A DNA stretch of 64,000 bases, taken from Utricularia gibba. Lineage: Eukaryota; Plantae; Magnoliophyta. Below, in pieces: positions 12,258 to 25,100 of this stretch. How positions within the stretch are numbered: the first letter of the stretch is position 1; the number at the start of each line of letters is the position of its first letter. Under the pieces are notes generated by a model. It made no database searches. It had not been told where the DNA came from and saw only the letters and a program-made list of their open reading frames with translations. The stretch lies in assembly GCA_002189035.1 (NCBI GenBank), contig NEEC01000017.1:1-64000 (forward strand), read 5' to 3'. The position numbers were made by a program, and so were the translations under genes.

Positions 12258-15200
12258 GCATGTTGCAATAAAGATTGAGAATCAACTAAAGTCTAAGGGA
12301 CAACATAGAGACCATCCAAAACCTTCTACCTTGTGGAATGTTGCTGGAAGTAAGGAGAAGAAACCAAATTATCCTTCATTTGGGAAATCAACCACGCTTG
12401 GACCGATGAAAGAGGGCACTGCAGATACTCGAAACCAGGAAAGAGGATTTAAGTCCTCTGGACAAACACGAAATATCAAGTGTTTCAAATGTCTTGTCCA
12501 TGGTCATATTGCTTCAGAATGCCCAAACAAGAGGACCATGATTCTAAGGGACTCTGGAGACGTTGAATCTGATATTGAGTGTGAAAGTGGAAGTGAAGTG
12601 CAGGAGATAGATGATGGGGAACAACAACCTGTCATTGGTGAAAGTTTGGTAACAAGAAGGACTTTAGCCATGGATGCTAAGCCAATGGAGGAGCAACGAG
12701 AAAACTTATTCCATACACGTTGCTTTGTGAATGCGAAAGTTTATTGCCTAATAATCAATGGAGGCAGTTGCGCAAACGTTGCTAGTACTCTCATGGTAGA
12801 TAAACTCCATCTTCGTACTCTTAAACATCCAAATCCCTATAGGCTTCAATGGTTGAACGAAGGGAGTGAATTAAAGATCACTAAACAAGTTCTTGTTGCT
12901 TTCCAAATTGGAAAGTATCAGGATGAGGTTCTTTGTGATGTAGTGCCCATGCATGCTGGACACACACTCTTGGGAAGGCCGTGGCAATATGATAGGAACG
13001 TGATCCATGATGGCTATACTAACAAGTATTCCTTTTCTATGAAAGGAAAACCAATCACATTCTAAAAAAAGAGTTATGAGATTCCTTTTCTATGAAAGGA
13101 AAACCAATCACATTCTAAAAAAAGAGTTATGGTGCCTTTATCTCCAAATGAGGCACAAGAGGATCAAGTTAAGATTGCTGCTGCTATCAAATCCTTTGGT
13201 GATTCGAGTGATGAGAGCTTGAGAGAGAAAAAAGAGATATCACGAGAAAGGAAAAGAACATCTAAAAAAGAGTGAAAAGAAAGACGTGAATAAAGAAGTT
13301 GTGAGGAAAAAAGAAGTGGAATGCCTTGTTACAAGAATGAGTGATGTGAGTTATGCCTTTTGGATTGACTAATGCACCTAGTACTTTCATGAGATTGATG
13401 AATCATGTATTGCATCACTTTCTTGGGAGATTTGTAGTTATTTACTTTGATGATATTCTTGTGTATAGTAAGACATTGGATGAACATACATGTCATTTAC
13501 GTGAAGTGTTGGTTCTTTTGAGAAAAGAGTGTTTGTATGCTAATATCAAAAAGTGCGACATTTGCACAAACAAAATCTACTTTCTTGGAGATATTAAAAG
13601 TGATGCAGGTATTTTAGTAGATGAAGAAAAGGTGAAAGCAATTAGAGAATGGCCAACTCCTACCACAATTGGAGAAGTGCGTAGTTTCCATGGATTGGCT
13701 AGCTTCTATCGTCGTTTTGTAAAGGATTTCAGCACAATTGCTGCACCATTGAACAAGGTTGTGAAGAAAAATGTGCAATTTTGCTGGGGAGAATCACAAG
13801 AACATGCTTTCAAGACACTTAAGGATAAGCTTAGCTCAGCTCCTTTACTTGCATTACCTGATTTCTCTAACACGTTTGAAATTGAATGTGAAGCTTCTGG
13901 AGTTGGAATAGGTGCTGTTCTCATGCAAGGAAGTCGACCTATTGCCTATTTCAATGAAAAATTGGGTGGAGATACACTAAATTACCCAACTTATGATAAG
14001 GAGTTGTACTCATTGGTTAGAGCACTTGAAACTTGGAAACATTATCTTTGGCACAAAAAGTTTGTTATCCATACAGATCACGAAAGTTTGAAGCATGTCA
14101 AGAGTCAAAAAAATCTCAATAGAAGACACGCAAAATGGGTGGAGTTCATTGATACCTTTCCTTATGTTATCAAATATAAGAAAGGTAAGGAGAACATTGT
14201 TGCAGATGCATTGTCACGAAGATACACACTTTTAGCTACTCTTGATGCTCAAATTCTTGGATTGTCAACGATAAAAGAATTTTACAGTCTTGATCATGAT
14301 TTTAAAGATATTTATCTTTCATGTGAACATAAACCTCTTGAAAACTTCCATAGGCAAGATGATTTTCTTTTCAAAAAGAATAGATTATGTATTCCTCAAT
14401 GTTCAATTCATGAGTTTTTAGTGAAAGAAGCTCATGGTGGTGGTCTAATGGGGCATTTTGGGGTCACCAAGACATTGGACATGCTTTAACAACACTTCTA
14501 TTGGCCACACATGAGAAAAGATGTGGAAAGAATCTTTGGAAGATGTTTGGTGTGCAAGAAAGCCAAATCAAAATCAACTTCTCAAGGATTGTACACTCCT
14601 CTTTCTACTCCTCTTTACCCTTGGATTGACCTTTCTATGGATTTTGTTTTAGGATTACCAAGGACTCAAAAGGGAAAGGATTCAATATTTGTGGTCGTGG
14701 ACAGGTTCTCCAAGATGGCACATTTCATTCCTTGTCACAAGACTGATAATGCTTCGCATGTTGCCGATTTATTCTTCAGGGAGATTGTTAGGCTTCATGG
14801 TATGCCACTTACCATTGTAAGTGATCGTGACACAAAGTTTCTTAGCCACTTTTGGCGTACACTTTGGAGTAAGTTGGGAACAAAGCTTCTTTTCTCTACC
14901 ACTTGTCATCCCCAAACTGATGGACAAACCGAGGTAACAAACTGAACCCTAGCTACTCTACTTCGTGCCATCATAAAAAAGAACATTAGAACATGGGAAG
15001 ATTGCTTACCTCATATTGAATTTGCATACTATAGAGCAGTACATTCTTCTACTCATTGTTCTCCTTTTGAAATTGTGTATGGTTTTAATCCTCGTGCACC
15101 TATAGACTTGTTGACCTTGCCATCTAATGAATTTCGTAGTTTTGATGGTGCTAAGAGAGCAGATGCCATCAGAACACTACATGAGAAGGTTCGAAATCAA

Positions 15201-15506
15201 TTGGAAGCCAAAAACATGGAGTATGCAGCTAAAGCAAATAAACATAGGAAAAAAGTTACTCTACAACCAGGAGATTGGGTTTGGGTACATATTCGAAAGA
15301 AAAGATTTCCAAGCATGAGACATTCAAAGCTTTCACTCAGAGGAGATGGACCCTTTCAAGTCATTGAGAAAATCAATGATAATGCTTATAAGATTGATCT
15401 TCCAGGTGAGTTTTCGGTGCACTCCACGTTCAATATTGCTGACTTGGTTCCTTGTGATGTAGATGGTGATGATTTAAGGATGAATCTGCTAAAAGAAGGG
15501 GGATGA
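12258..15506 (+). pseudogene. pol: CRM1 gag C-terminus, protease, partial RT, RNase H and integrase
   Basis: ORFs 12217..13065, 13353..14489, 14511..14945 and 15075..15506 with gypsy motifs. The N-terminal half of RT is missing before MPFGLTNAP. Confidence 0.9.
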
Positions 15507-16072
15507 TGAGATCATGGATGCTATAGATTATCCCAATGAAGATAAAGGACACAAGATCAATAATCCTCCATTGATTTAAGTCGAGCCAATCACTAGATCA
15601 AGAGCAAGAAGGAATCAAGAAGTGCTTAAGAGCTTATGGGCCAATCAACCAAGCTATGAGGTGTTGGGCATGGAATTCAACATTCTCAAAGTGCATCAAC
15701 TTGATTAGAGAAGGCCCATTACTACCAAATACATTATTATTACTACTTTTCCTCTAATAAGGCCCAATCCTTCATCTATTTAAGAAGGCCTTACTCATGT
15801 TTTGGACAACTTTGATTGTAATCACTTTTGAGAGCTATTCTCCTTCCTTGAGTTCTTGTAGAACTTAGACTTATCAAACCTCGCTTGTGGTGTTTAGTGT
15901 GTGGTTTATCATTCTCAATTCCTTCCTTGATTCTGTGAGTATGGTACCATTTCATACATTGGGTTGCAAGGATCTTTCAATCCTTGAGGGCCAACTTCTT
16001 TTTCTTGAGGGATTGCTTCTTTTCAACAAAGATCTGGTTTGTCAATCCCTTATTGATTGGAGGATCGTATCA
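15504..16072 (+). repeat. 3' LTR of CRM1 (569 bp)
   Basis: TGATGAG...CGTATCA after the purine tract. Directly followed by satellite sequence GTGGCACTATCC. Confidence 0.85.
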
Positions 16073-17670
16073 GTGGCACTATCCAACGAAGCTTGGAATG
16101 AATATCAGCATACATATTCACCTCAAGGCTTGCGTGTGAACCCAGCACCTGGTTTATACCCATTGGAAATCATACAAGGACAGCTTTTATACCTTTTTGT
16201 GTGCACGCGGTACCCCGCTTCATACTTATTGCAAACTACTTTTCGCCACCCTGTATCCTTGTGAACCTGCGGAAACACGGTACACCCATCGACGCACATA
16301 ATGGTGGAGCAACACAAGTCACACGTCCTGCTGCTCCAGCGAGGGGCTCACGACTACCCACGCATTCTTCTCGTATTCGGGTTGATCGAATTCCAAATAT
16401 CGTGAGCCTATTTGAACGGTCTTCCTTGATGCCCAACTCTTTTCCAAACATCTTCTTTTCTCCTCGAATGCGATTGCGGTAACTACGCCATTGGATGTGC
16501 TGTCCCTTGCCATTATTGCGAATCCATGTGCTGAGTTTTTTTCGTATACATATCTCCGCTCGCGGGATGTGGAGCAAGTTCCATTCGTCCTCCATTCTCA
16601 AAAGAGGTGTTCTAGAGACCGCACCTTTTTGGAGGGTTTCTTGACTTGTTCGTCTTTTTTTCTTATTCCCATTGCTAATTGACTGCATTCCAACCCTTTG
16701 ACTCGCAGAAAGCTCATGCCAATGAATGCTCCTTCGAACCACTGTACATGTACGCGCACCTCGCATTCTAAAGCTAAAATGGTTATACATAGCTGCACGA
16801 TTGTGAAAATGACGTTCACCACGCCGCGTTCTAGGATCGATGACTTTGGCAGTAACCCTGGTCGCGTATGCGTACCACCGTTTGTTGCTCCAATGATCCC
16901 TTTCCGTGTGCCCCTCATGTTGGAATTCTGGTACGGCCTTCGAGAACCGATTTTTGTAGTTTTTTACAGCCTCTCTACTACGAACTTTTGGATTCAATTT
17001 TGGGATCGCAAATAGTGATAACATTGGAATCCGAATTTGCCTCATACTTCCCTTTCATCATGTCCCAACTCATGTTCCTTGAGTTCCTGCTGGTGAGCTC
17101 GTTCGGATTGTTATGCACTGCCTTTTAGAGAACATGGTTTCCGCAAAGCGTGACCTTTTGTTGGCGAGTGTTGCCTTCCGTAGCTGCATGTTAACGAATT
17201 GTTGCCTTCGAGCCCACTCTGGGAAACCAAGTTGAGACGAAGAATGGCCATGATGCGGATGTCCGGAGAAAATAGGAGTTTTATCGCACTTGGGTGGTTA
17301 TCCAGGAAATATATGCAGGGTTTCGATGGCATTCTAGCCTTCTCGTCAAGCTCGAAATGAAGGGGAGTGAAAGATCGATGTGCTGAGAAACATGCATGGA
17401 GCCTCTTGTCGTGGAGTGAAACACGCATGATGTTGCGTGTGCTTGCATTACCTGCGTGGTTTGAGGTGCATGGAGGAGGCACGTCATCGGGACCACCATC
17501 AAGTCCACCTACAAGGAGAAGTGAGCATACGTCGGAGGAGGTGGTGGTAGCTGCCAAGGGGTTACGTTTTGCATGTATAGTATGCCACTTCCAATGCCAT
17601 GCTCATTGATGATGCTCCACGTAGAACGAATTAGGGCTGGCTACTGCGTTGTTAGGTTGCCTCATGATGT
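16073..17670 (+). repeat. Diverged copy of the 2.09-kb monomer (monomer positions ~751-2088 then 1-362)
   Basis: Collinear with the array units but with many transitions. It has an extra ~51-bp segment (16339-16389) and lacks ~160 bp. Confidence 0.93.
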
Positions 17671-17705
17671 GCTGCATTGTTAGGTTGTTAGGGCTGGCTG
17701 CTGTG

Positions 17706-18537
17706 TTGGTAGTATTGCTATAACCAACAAATACACCAGATGCAGATTTCTTATCAAGTTTTCCTCATTTTTCGTCTGGTACATGAGTAAAACACATACT
17801 ACCGAAGATTTTGTGATGATCAACCTTTTTAATATAACCATGCCATTTTTGATGGGCGGTTTTTCCACTAATCGCCCTTGAAGGAAGCAAGTTCAATAGA
17901 TATACAGATGTAGATACCACTTAAGCCCAGAAATTTACAAGAAGATCTTTCTCAAACAATAGGCATCTTGACACATCAATGATTGTTCTGTTTCTCCTTT
18001 CACATATACCATTCTGTTGTGTAGAATATGGTACGTTGAATTGATGCATGATTCCCTCATTTTCACACAACATTCTCATGCTATTATTGTAGAATTCGCC
18101 TCCATTCTCATGCTCCTTAAAGATGATTAGATCAGACAATGGAGGCGTATTCTACAATAATAGCATGAGAATGTTTTGTGAAAATGAGGGAATCATGCAT
18201 CAATTCAACGTACCATATTCTGCACAACAGAATAGTATATGTGAAAGGAGAAACAGAATAATCCTTGATATGTCAAGATGGCTATTGTTTGAGAAAGATC
18301 TTCCTGTAAATTTCTGAGCTGAAGCGGTATCTACATCTGTATATCTATTGAACTTGCTTCCTTCAAGGGCGATTAGTGGAAAAACCGCCCATGAAAAATG
18401 GCATGGTTATATTAAAAAGGTTGATCATCTCAGAATCTTTGGTAGTCTGTGTGTTACTCATGTACCAGACCAAAAACGAGGAAACTTGATAAGAAATCTT
18501 TATCTGGTATATTTGTTGGTTATAGCAACACTACCAA
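17706..18537. repeat. Inverted repeat (~400-bp arms, 31-nt loop) of copia integrase coding sequence
   Basis: 17706-18106 is the reverse complement of 18138-18537. ORFs 17921..18139(-) and 18123..18317(+) encode the same NGG(E/V)FYNNSMRM...CERRNR peptide. Confidence 0.95.
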
Positions 18538-21119
18538 TGGATATAAAGTTTATATACCTCAACAGAAGAAATTTATCTTCAGTCATGATGTCACTTTTGA
18601 TGAAGGTGCAAGGTATACTTTAATTAATGATTTCATTTCTCTCAATGATGCAGAAGCTCATAACAGTCGTGTAAGGCATAGCACCCATCTGAAAGGAGAC
18701 CTCTGGACACACATGCCTCAAAACTTCTCTTCCAGGAATTCAACAAACCAAGAAACTTCAGAACTCGTTCATGAAGATTCAAATCAAGTAAATGATCAGC
18801 ATTCAGAAGAGAATTTTCCAGCTCCAGAGGAGGAGAAGGTCACAAATCAAGATGACTCGTCCAATGAGAATTCAAAATCAAACTCTGAACCCCTGTATGG
18901 ACAAACTCATTAGGCCAATGATCAACATTCAGATGGGAATTTCGAAATCCGAGAAGAGGAGCAAGGCACGAATGCAGAAGACTCATCAACAGATAAATCT
19001 GATGGAGAGGAACCTGATACTGATGATGAAGATTATTACCCATCTGATCGTGATTGGCAAGGGAGGAAACGCAAAAACATCAGAGATTCAATAGATAATG
19101 AGGATAGTCATGTTACTGATATTAGAAGAAGCAAAAGAAACAAGGCTCCTACAATAAGTTTCTCCAAGTTGAATGATGATGTCCAAGATGCTGTAGCTGA
19201 TATTTTGGCTGGATTATTGACAGGAGATCCAACATCATTTGAAGTGGCTGTACAAAATCCGAAATGGAGAGAGGCCATGAAGGAAGAAATGAATCTATAC
19301 TTAAAAATGAAACATGGGAGTTAGTTGATAAACCCAAGGATAGGGGTTTCAAACCTATTGGCCTCAAGTGGTTATTCAAAACCAAGATGAATGCAGATGG
19401 TTCTATCAACAAATATAAGGCAAGATTAGTAGCCAAGGGATATAGTCACATCAAAAGAATAAATTTTCATGAGATTTTTGCACCAGTAGCAAGATTTGAC
19501 ATGATTAAAGTACTTCCTTCTATTTCAGCCGCTCATGGATGGAAAGTGCATCACATGGATGTCAAGATTGCATTCTTGAATGGTGTGTTAGAGGAGGTTG
19601 TTTTTGTCGAACAACCAAAGGGCTTCAAAATGTCAGGTCATTAAGACAAAGTATTGAAGCTAAAGAAATCTCTCTATGGGTTGAAGCAAGCTCCTAGAGC
19701 ATGGAATGAATGCATGGATAACTTTTTCCAGGGTATTGGTTTCAAAAAGACATATAGTGATTACTCACTATATGTTAAAGGAAAAGAAGATGATCGTTTA
19801 TTTATTAGCTTATATGTGGATGATCTTATGATTATCTCAGGTAATGAAAGGAAGATTGAGGAATTCAAAGCTCTACTCAAAAATGAATTCAAGATGACTG
19901 ACCTTGGAATGATGTCCTACTATCTAGGCATGGAAATTCATCAACTTGAAGGTGTTGGAACATTCATATCTCAGAAAAAATACTGTAATGAACTTCTTGA
20001 AAGGTTTGGGTTCAAAGATGTCAATCCTTCAAAAATGCCTTTGAATTACAAACAGCTGATTGGAGAGAACAATCAGGGAAAGAATGTGGATGCCACTACT
20101 TATAAAAGTATGATTGGAAGCCTCATTTATCTCCAGCATACAAGGCCTGACTTGTGTTTTGTGTAAATGTATTATCTCGCTTCCTAAACAAACCAACAAC
20201 AACTCACATGGCAGCTGTGAAAAGAGCTTTCAGGTACATAAAATCTACTACTGATTTCGGATTGTTCTATCCCTATGAAGGTGAAAAACCAGTCTTGAAA
20301 GTTAGAGTCTACTTAGAAAGTGATTATGGTATGGCACCAGATAGTAAGAGTACATCTGGTGCACTCTTCTTCTTAAATAAGAGCCCTGTAGTCTGGTTTT
20401 CGAAGAAACAAAAAGTGGTAGCACAATTAACAGCTGAAGCAGAATACATCTCAGCAGTGGAAGCTACACAAAGTGGTTTGCTGAACTATTGTGTTTAGTT
20501 GAGGCAGATGCTAAACGAACTTCGATTCATACAAAAGGAAGCTACACATCTGCTTATGGATAATCGAGCTGCAATCTCCATTGCCAAGGATCCGACGAAC
20601 TTCAGCAAAGCCAAACACATAAGAATTAGGTATCATGTCATAAGGAATTACATCAAGGAGAAGAAGATTAAAGTGCAGTATATTGAGAGTGGGAATTAGC
20701 TTGCTGATGGGCTCACCAAAGGTTTGAACAGAGTTCGGTTTGAGCTAGCAATGAAGAACATGAATCTCATGACTATGGAAGACTTTCTCAAGTTAGGAGA
20801 TCTCGGTCTGGGGGAGAGTGTTGGAGATCAGCCTCAATCCAAAGCTTGAAGGTGATTGGAAGCACTAATCTTGTGTCATAATGTCATATTTCAGATAAAA
20901 AGGTGTTGGGTTCGAGTTGTTGGGCTTTTTTGTGTTTTCAATGATTGCGGCCCACTGTTGGGTAACCTAGGTATTGGGTATATAAAAACCCTATTAAGAA
21001 TGCGTGTCAATTAGGTTTTCGGTCATTCTTATTGTTAATGAGTTGTTTTTCATCCAAGGTGATCTCCTAAGCATTACCTTTTTGTTATTTCCCAAGACTC
21101 TATCTTTCTTGCATCAACA
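18123..21119 (+). mobile_element. 5'-truncated Ty1/copia (Ale/Ivana-like): integrase-RT-RNase H-PPT-3' LTR
   Basis: IRSDNGG integrase; RT (WELVDKPK, KYKARLVAKG, SLYVDDL); RNase H (KHIRIRYHVIR); PPT GGGGGAGAG; LTR 20819-21119 (TGTTGG...CAACA). The lineage call is tentative. Confidence 0.88.
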
Positions 21120-21755
21120 AATACAAGGCATCCATTGCTTCATCTTTTCTTTGTTGAAGATACTCAGCTTCCTCTTGCTGTTCTGATGTGGATTTGCTTG
21201 TTATTGTAATAGCCGGAATCTCCCTTTCAACAACATCCCAAATCTTTCTTACCCGAAGGTAGCTACTAATCTTTTTGACCCAGCTTCCAAACTCAGAACC
21301 ATCAAATATTGGAGGTCCTCTACCAAATGCATCATAGCCACCGCTTGACAAGCTTTGGGTTGATACTTGGTAATCCACCAAGTAAAAACGTTGAACGGTA
21401 AATAAAATACTGAAACGAACACAGATTTGAGAACCTTACTGCTCTGATACCATGTTGATGCAAGAAAGATAGAGTCTTGGGAACTAACAAAAAGATAATG
21501 CTTATGAGATCACCTTGGATGAAAAACGACTCATGAACAATAAGAATGACCGAAAACCTAGTTGACACGCATTCCTAGTAGGGTTTATATATACCCAATA
21601 CCTAGGTTACCCAACAGTGGGCCACAATCATTGAAAACACATAAAAAAGCTTAACAAGTTGAACCCAACTCATTTTTATCTAAAACATGACATTATAACA
21701 CAAGATTAATGTTTCCAATCACCTTCAACCTTTGGATTGAGGCTGATCTCCAACA
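21120..21755 (-). mobile_element. Same copia family in opposite orientation: 5' LTR (21453-21755), PBS (21441-21452) and gag N-terminus
   Basis: The LTR is the reverse complement of 20819-21119 (about 7% diverged). GCTCTGATACCA is a reversed tRNA-iMet PBS. ORF 21100..21381(-) has PPIFDGSEFGSW...IWDVVE. Confidence 0.92.
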
Positions 21756-22185
21756 TGCGTACTACCGTTTGTAGCTCCAATGATCCCTTTTCGTGTGCCC
21801 CTCATGTTGGAATTCTGGTACAGCCTTCGAGAACCGATTTCTGTAGTTCTTTACAGCCACTCTGCTGCGAACTTTTGGATTCAATTTTGGGATCGGAAAT
21901 AGTGATAACATTGGAATGCGAATTTGCCTCATACTTCCCTTTCATCATGTCCCAACTCATGTTTCCTGAGTTCCTGCTGGTGAGCTCGTTAGGATTGTTA
22001 TGCAATGCATAATAGAGAACATGGTTTCCGCAAAGCGTGACCTTTTGTTGGCGAGTGTTGGCTTCCTTTGCTGCATGTTAACGGATCGTCGCCTTCGAGC
22101 CCACTCTGGGAAACGAAGTTGAGACAAAGAATGGCCATGACTTTGATGTCCGGAGAAAATAGGAGCTTTTTCGCACTTTGGTGGG
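21756..22185 (+). repeat. Diverged partial copy of the 2.09-kb monomer (positions ~1660-2088)
   Basis: TGCGTACTACCGTTTG...GCACTTTGGTGGG is collinear with the monomer. Confidence 0.92.
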
Positions 22186-25100
22186 TGATGAGCCCCAAGA
22201 AGATAATGAAATGTATTTAAAGAATGATGAGGAGTGTGTCCAAGTGAACACATTAGACACAAAGATCATTCCACTAGGACCAATGACTAGGAGAAAGAGC
22301 TAGATGCTTGAAGATACACTTAAGGCTCTCCTTAATTCTATTGGAATCAAACATGGGCTTGAAGACATCCCATCAAAAGAGCTCAACTACTTGAAGGTAG
22401 ATTTATCTTAGACCATTTGGCTTGTTCGACTTTTCTATTTCATTTAGTTTGAGCCAAGTAATGTTAGAGCCCAATCCTAGAGTATAAATACTATAGAGTT
22501 GTATTATTTCAGGACCTTTAGTCATTTTCATGTATGTTGTGAGGATTCTCCTCTTCTTTGAGTGCTTGAACACTCTTAACTTATCAAGCTTTGAGCTTGT
22601 GGCGTCCTAGGATTATCACTTCCAATCCTTCTCTCTTTTTTGAAGTGTGGCTCCTAATTTTCTTTGTTTCGAAGTTTGGTGGCAAGAGATTCATTCTCTT
22701 GAGGGTAGACTTGGGTGGGTTCTCTTCTAAGCTTCAAAATCACCTCTTGTTCGTGGGTTGCTAATCTCTATAGATTAGAGGGTCACATCATTTGGTATCA
22801 GAGCTTTGGGTTCCTTCTCCTTAATATTATCCTGTTCTTGTTTTAGTTCTTCCATTCTTGCTTATTGAAAAAAAAAGAAAACAAAAACGTTCAAGCCACG
22901 TCCTTCTTCGTACTTTTGGCTTTGACAAAAAAAAAAAAGGGTTTACAAGAAGTTGATTGTTGAAGAGCTCGAAATTGAGTGTCAATTGAATAGCAAGAAC
23001 ACCTTGAATATCAACTTCAAGGGTGTAAGAAGAGAAGGAGAGTGAAGGTGAATACCCATCACCCATCACTATCATCCATTCCACCAAGCAACCACTTTAT
23101 TGTTGTTTTCCTTATCTTCATCTCCATACCCTGTCACTTACTTGTCCCTACCATTCCATTTAACTATTCTTTTTGTTAATTGCCCATTCATGTGTTTCTA
23201 CAATTTCACAAGCATTATATTTCGTGTGTAGTGCTCATTCCTCTGTTTTCATCTAATCTTACCTTGTGTCCATCCCTCCTCTTTATCTACTGCAACAAGC
23301 AACCAACATAATTCAACCAATCCTCCTTTTTTGTCTCTATCTTGAGACAATTAACACTACCACCCTCACCTAACCCCATCATAACACCATAATCAATACC
23401 AATCTGGAAGTGATTAATTCTTGAGGTGTCATGAGGTCAAGCATGATAATGTTATGGAGTGCATCAAGGACTTGAAGCTTGGGGATTGAGTGGTAAACCT
23501 TGTGTGTGCTTCTTTGTTCTTTCACTTTATTCTCTTTTGTCTTCTATTTAGGATGTCAAATTCAAGAAGTGACCATGAAAAGGATGACTCACCGGATGAG
23601 AAGTTCACTTTGACAGCTATGCAACAAGAATTTGCAAGATTGCATCGTATTCTGGAAAATATAAATGTTAGGCTTGAGAAACAAGAAAATTCTCTACAAA
23701 ATGTTGCAAGAGCCCAAAGACAAGATAATTATGCTGATGGGAGGGGTCAAGGCATTCAAATGCATCAATGCATCAACAATGAACATGACTTAAGTGATCA
23801 ACCAAGTGCGAGGACTGTTGGAAGAAGAGATCGAATCTTGAATACTGATGAAGACGATGACTACCTTGAACATGGTGAAAATGATTTTGTTCATGGTGAT
23901 ACAAGAAAATTTCGAGATCAGGGAGGCAGAAGAGATGGAGGAAGAATTGGAAAGGATGCTAACAACATCAAGATGAAGATACCTCAATTTCAAGGAAAGA
24001 ATGATGCAGATGCGTATCTCCAATGGGAAACAAGAGTAGAACATGTGTTTGATTGCAACAACTTCTCTGAAGAAAAGAAAGTAAGATTAGCTTACATGGA
24101 ATTTAGTGACTATGCTGTAATTTGGTGAGATCAATTGGTGGCTACAAGAAGGATTGACTCTGAAGAACCAATTCATACTTGGATTGAGATGAAAAGAGTC
24201 ATGAGAAGGCGATTTGTTCCAAACCATTACCAAAGAGATTTTTTTTAACGTTTGTAGAATCTCAAGCAGGGCTTAAGGTCAGTGGAGGAATATTGGCAAG
24301 AAATGGAGATCTTGATGATTAGAGCCAATGTTCATGAAGATAGGGAAGGAACTATTGCTAGGTTCCTTCATGGGATAAATAAGGAGATTGCAAATATGGT
24401 GGAGCTTCATCACTACATTGAGAGAGAGGACATGAATCATATGGCCACAAAAGTTGAGAAACAACTCTTTAGCAAGAGCTATGCTCGAGATTTCAACAAG
24501 AGGGCCCCCGGTTCGAGATTTGAAGGCACTAAGGAGATGCTGGAGAGAAATAAAGGGAAGTCATCCATGGAAAACTTCAAATTCGATATCCCATCAAGTT
24601 CCAAGCAAGGGGAACGTACAACACCTCCAAAGGGCACTACAAGGAACATAAAATGTTTCAAGTGCTTGGGGCACGGACATATTGCTTCTGAATGTCCAAA
24701 TAAATGAGCAATGGTGATTAGAGGAAATGGCGAAGTGGTTAGTGAGGATGATGATGATTTCGTGGAGATAGAAGCTGAAGTGCGTGATGAGGATTAGTCA
24801 CTCGAAGGACACTTAACATTGGAGTGAAAGATAATGATCAACAAAAGGACAACTTGTTTCAAACCCGGTGCTTTGTTAATGGAAAAGTGTGCAGCCTGAT
24901 TATTGATAGAGGTAGTTGCACCAATGTTGCCATCAACATCTTGGTGGAGAAATTGGGACTACCAAACGTGAGGCATCCTAAGCCTTACAACTTGCAGTGC
25001 TTCAATGAAGGAAGTGAGGTAAAGGTTACGAAACAAGTGCTTGCGGCATTTTCCATAGGGAGATATGAAGATGAAGTCCTATGTGATGTTGTCTCTATGC

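Larger units (their letters stand above)
6762..16072 (+). mobile_element. CRM-clade chromoviral Ty3/gypsy retrotransposon 1, 5'-truncated and decayed, containing a nested copia
   Basis: CRM-type gag (IRTWAEMKRIMRKRFIPSHYQR), zinc knuckle (CFKCLVHGHIASECP), protease (LIINGGSCAN), RT ([15 protein letters not shown]), RNase H, integrase ([29 protein letters not shown]), purine tract AAAAGAAGGGGGA and a 3' LTR. No 5' LTR is present. Confidence 0.92.
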
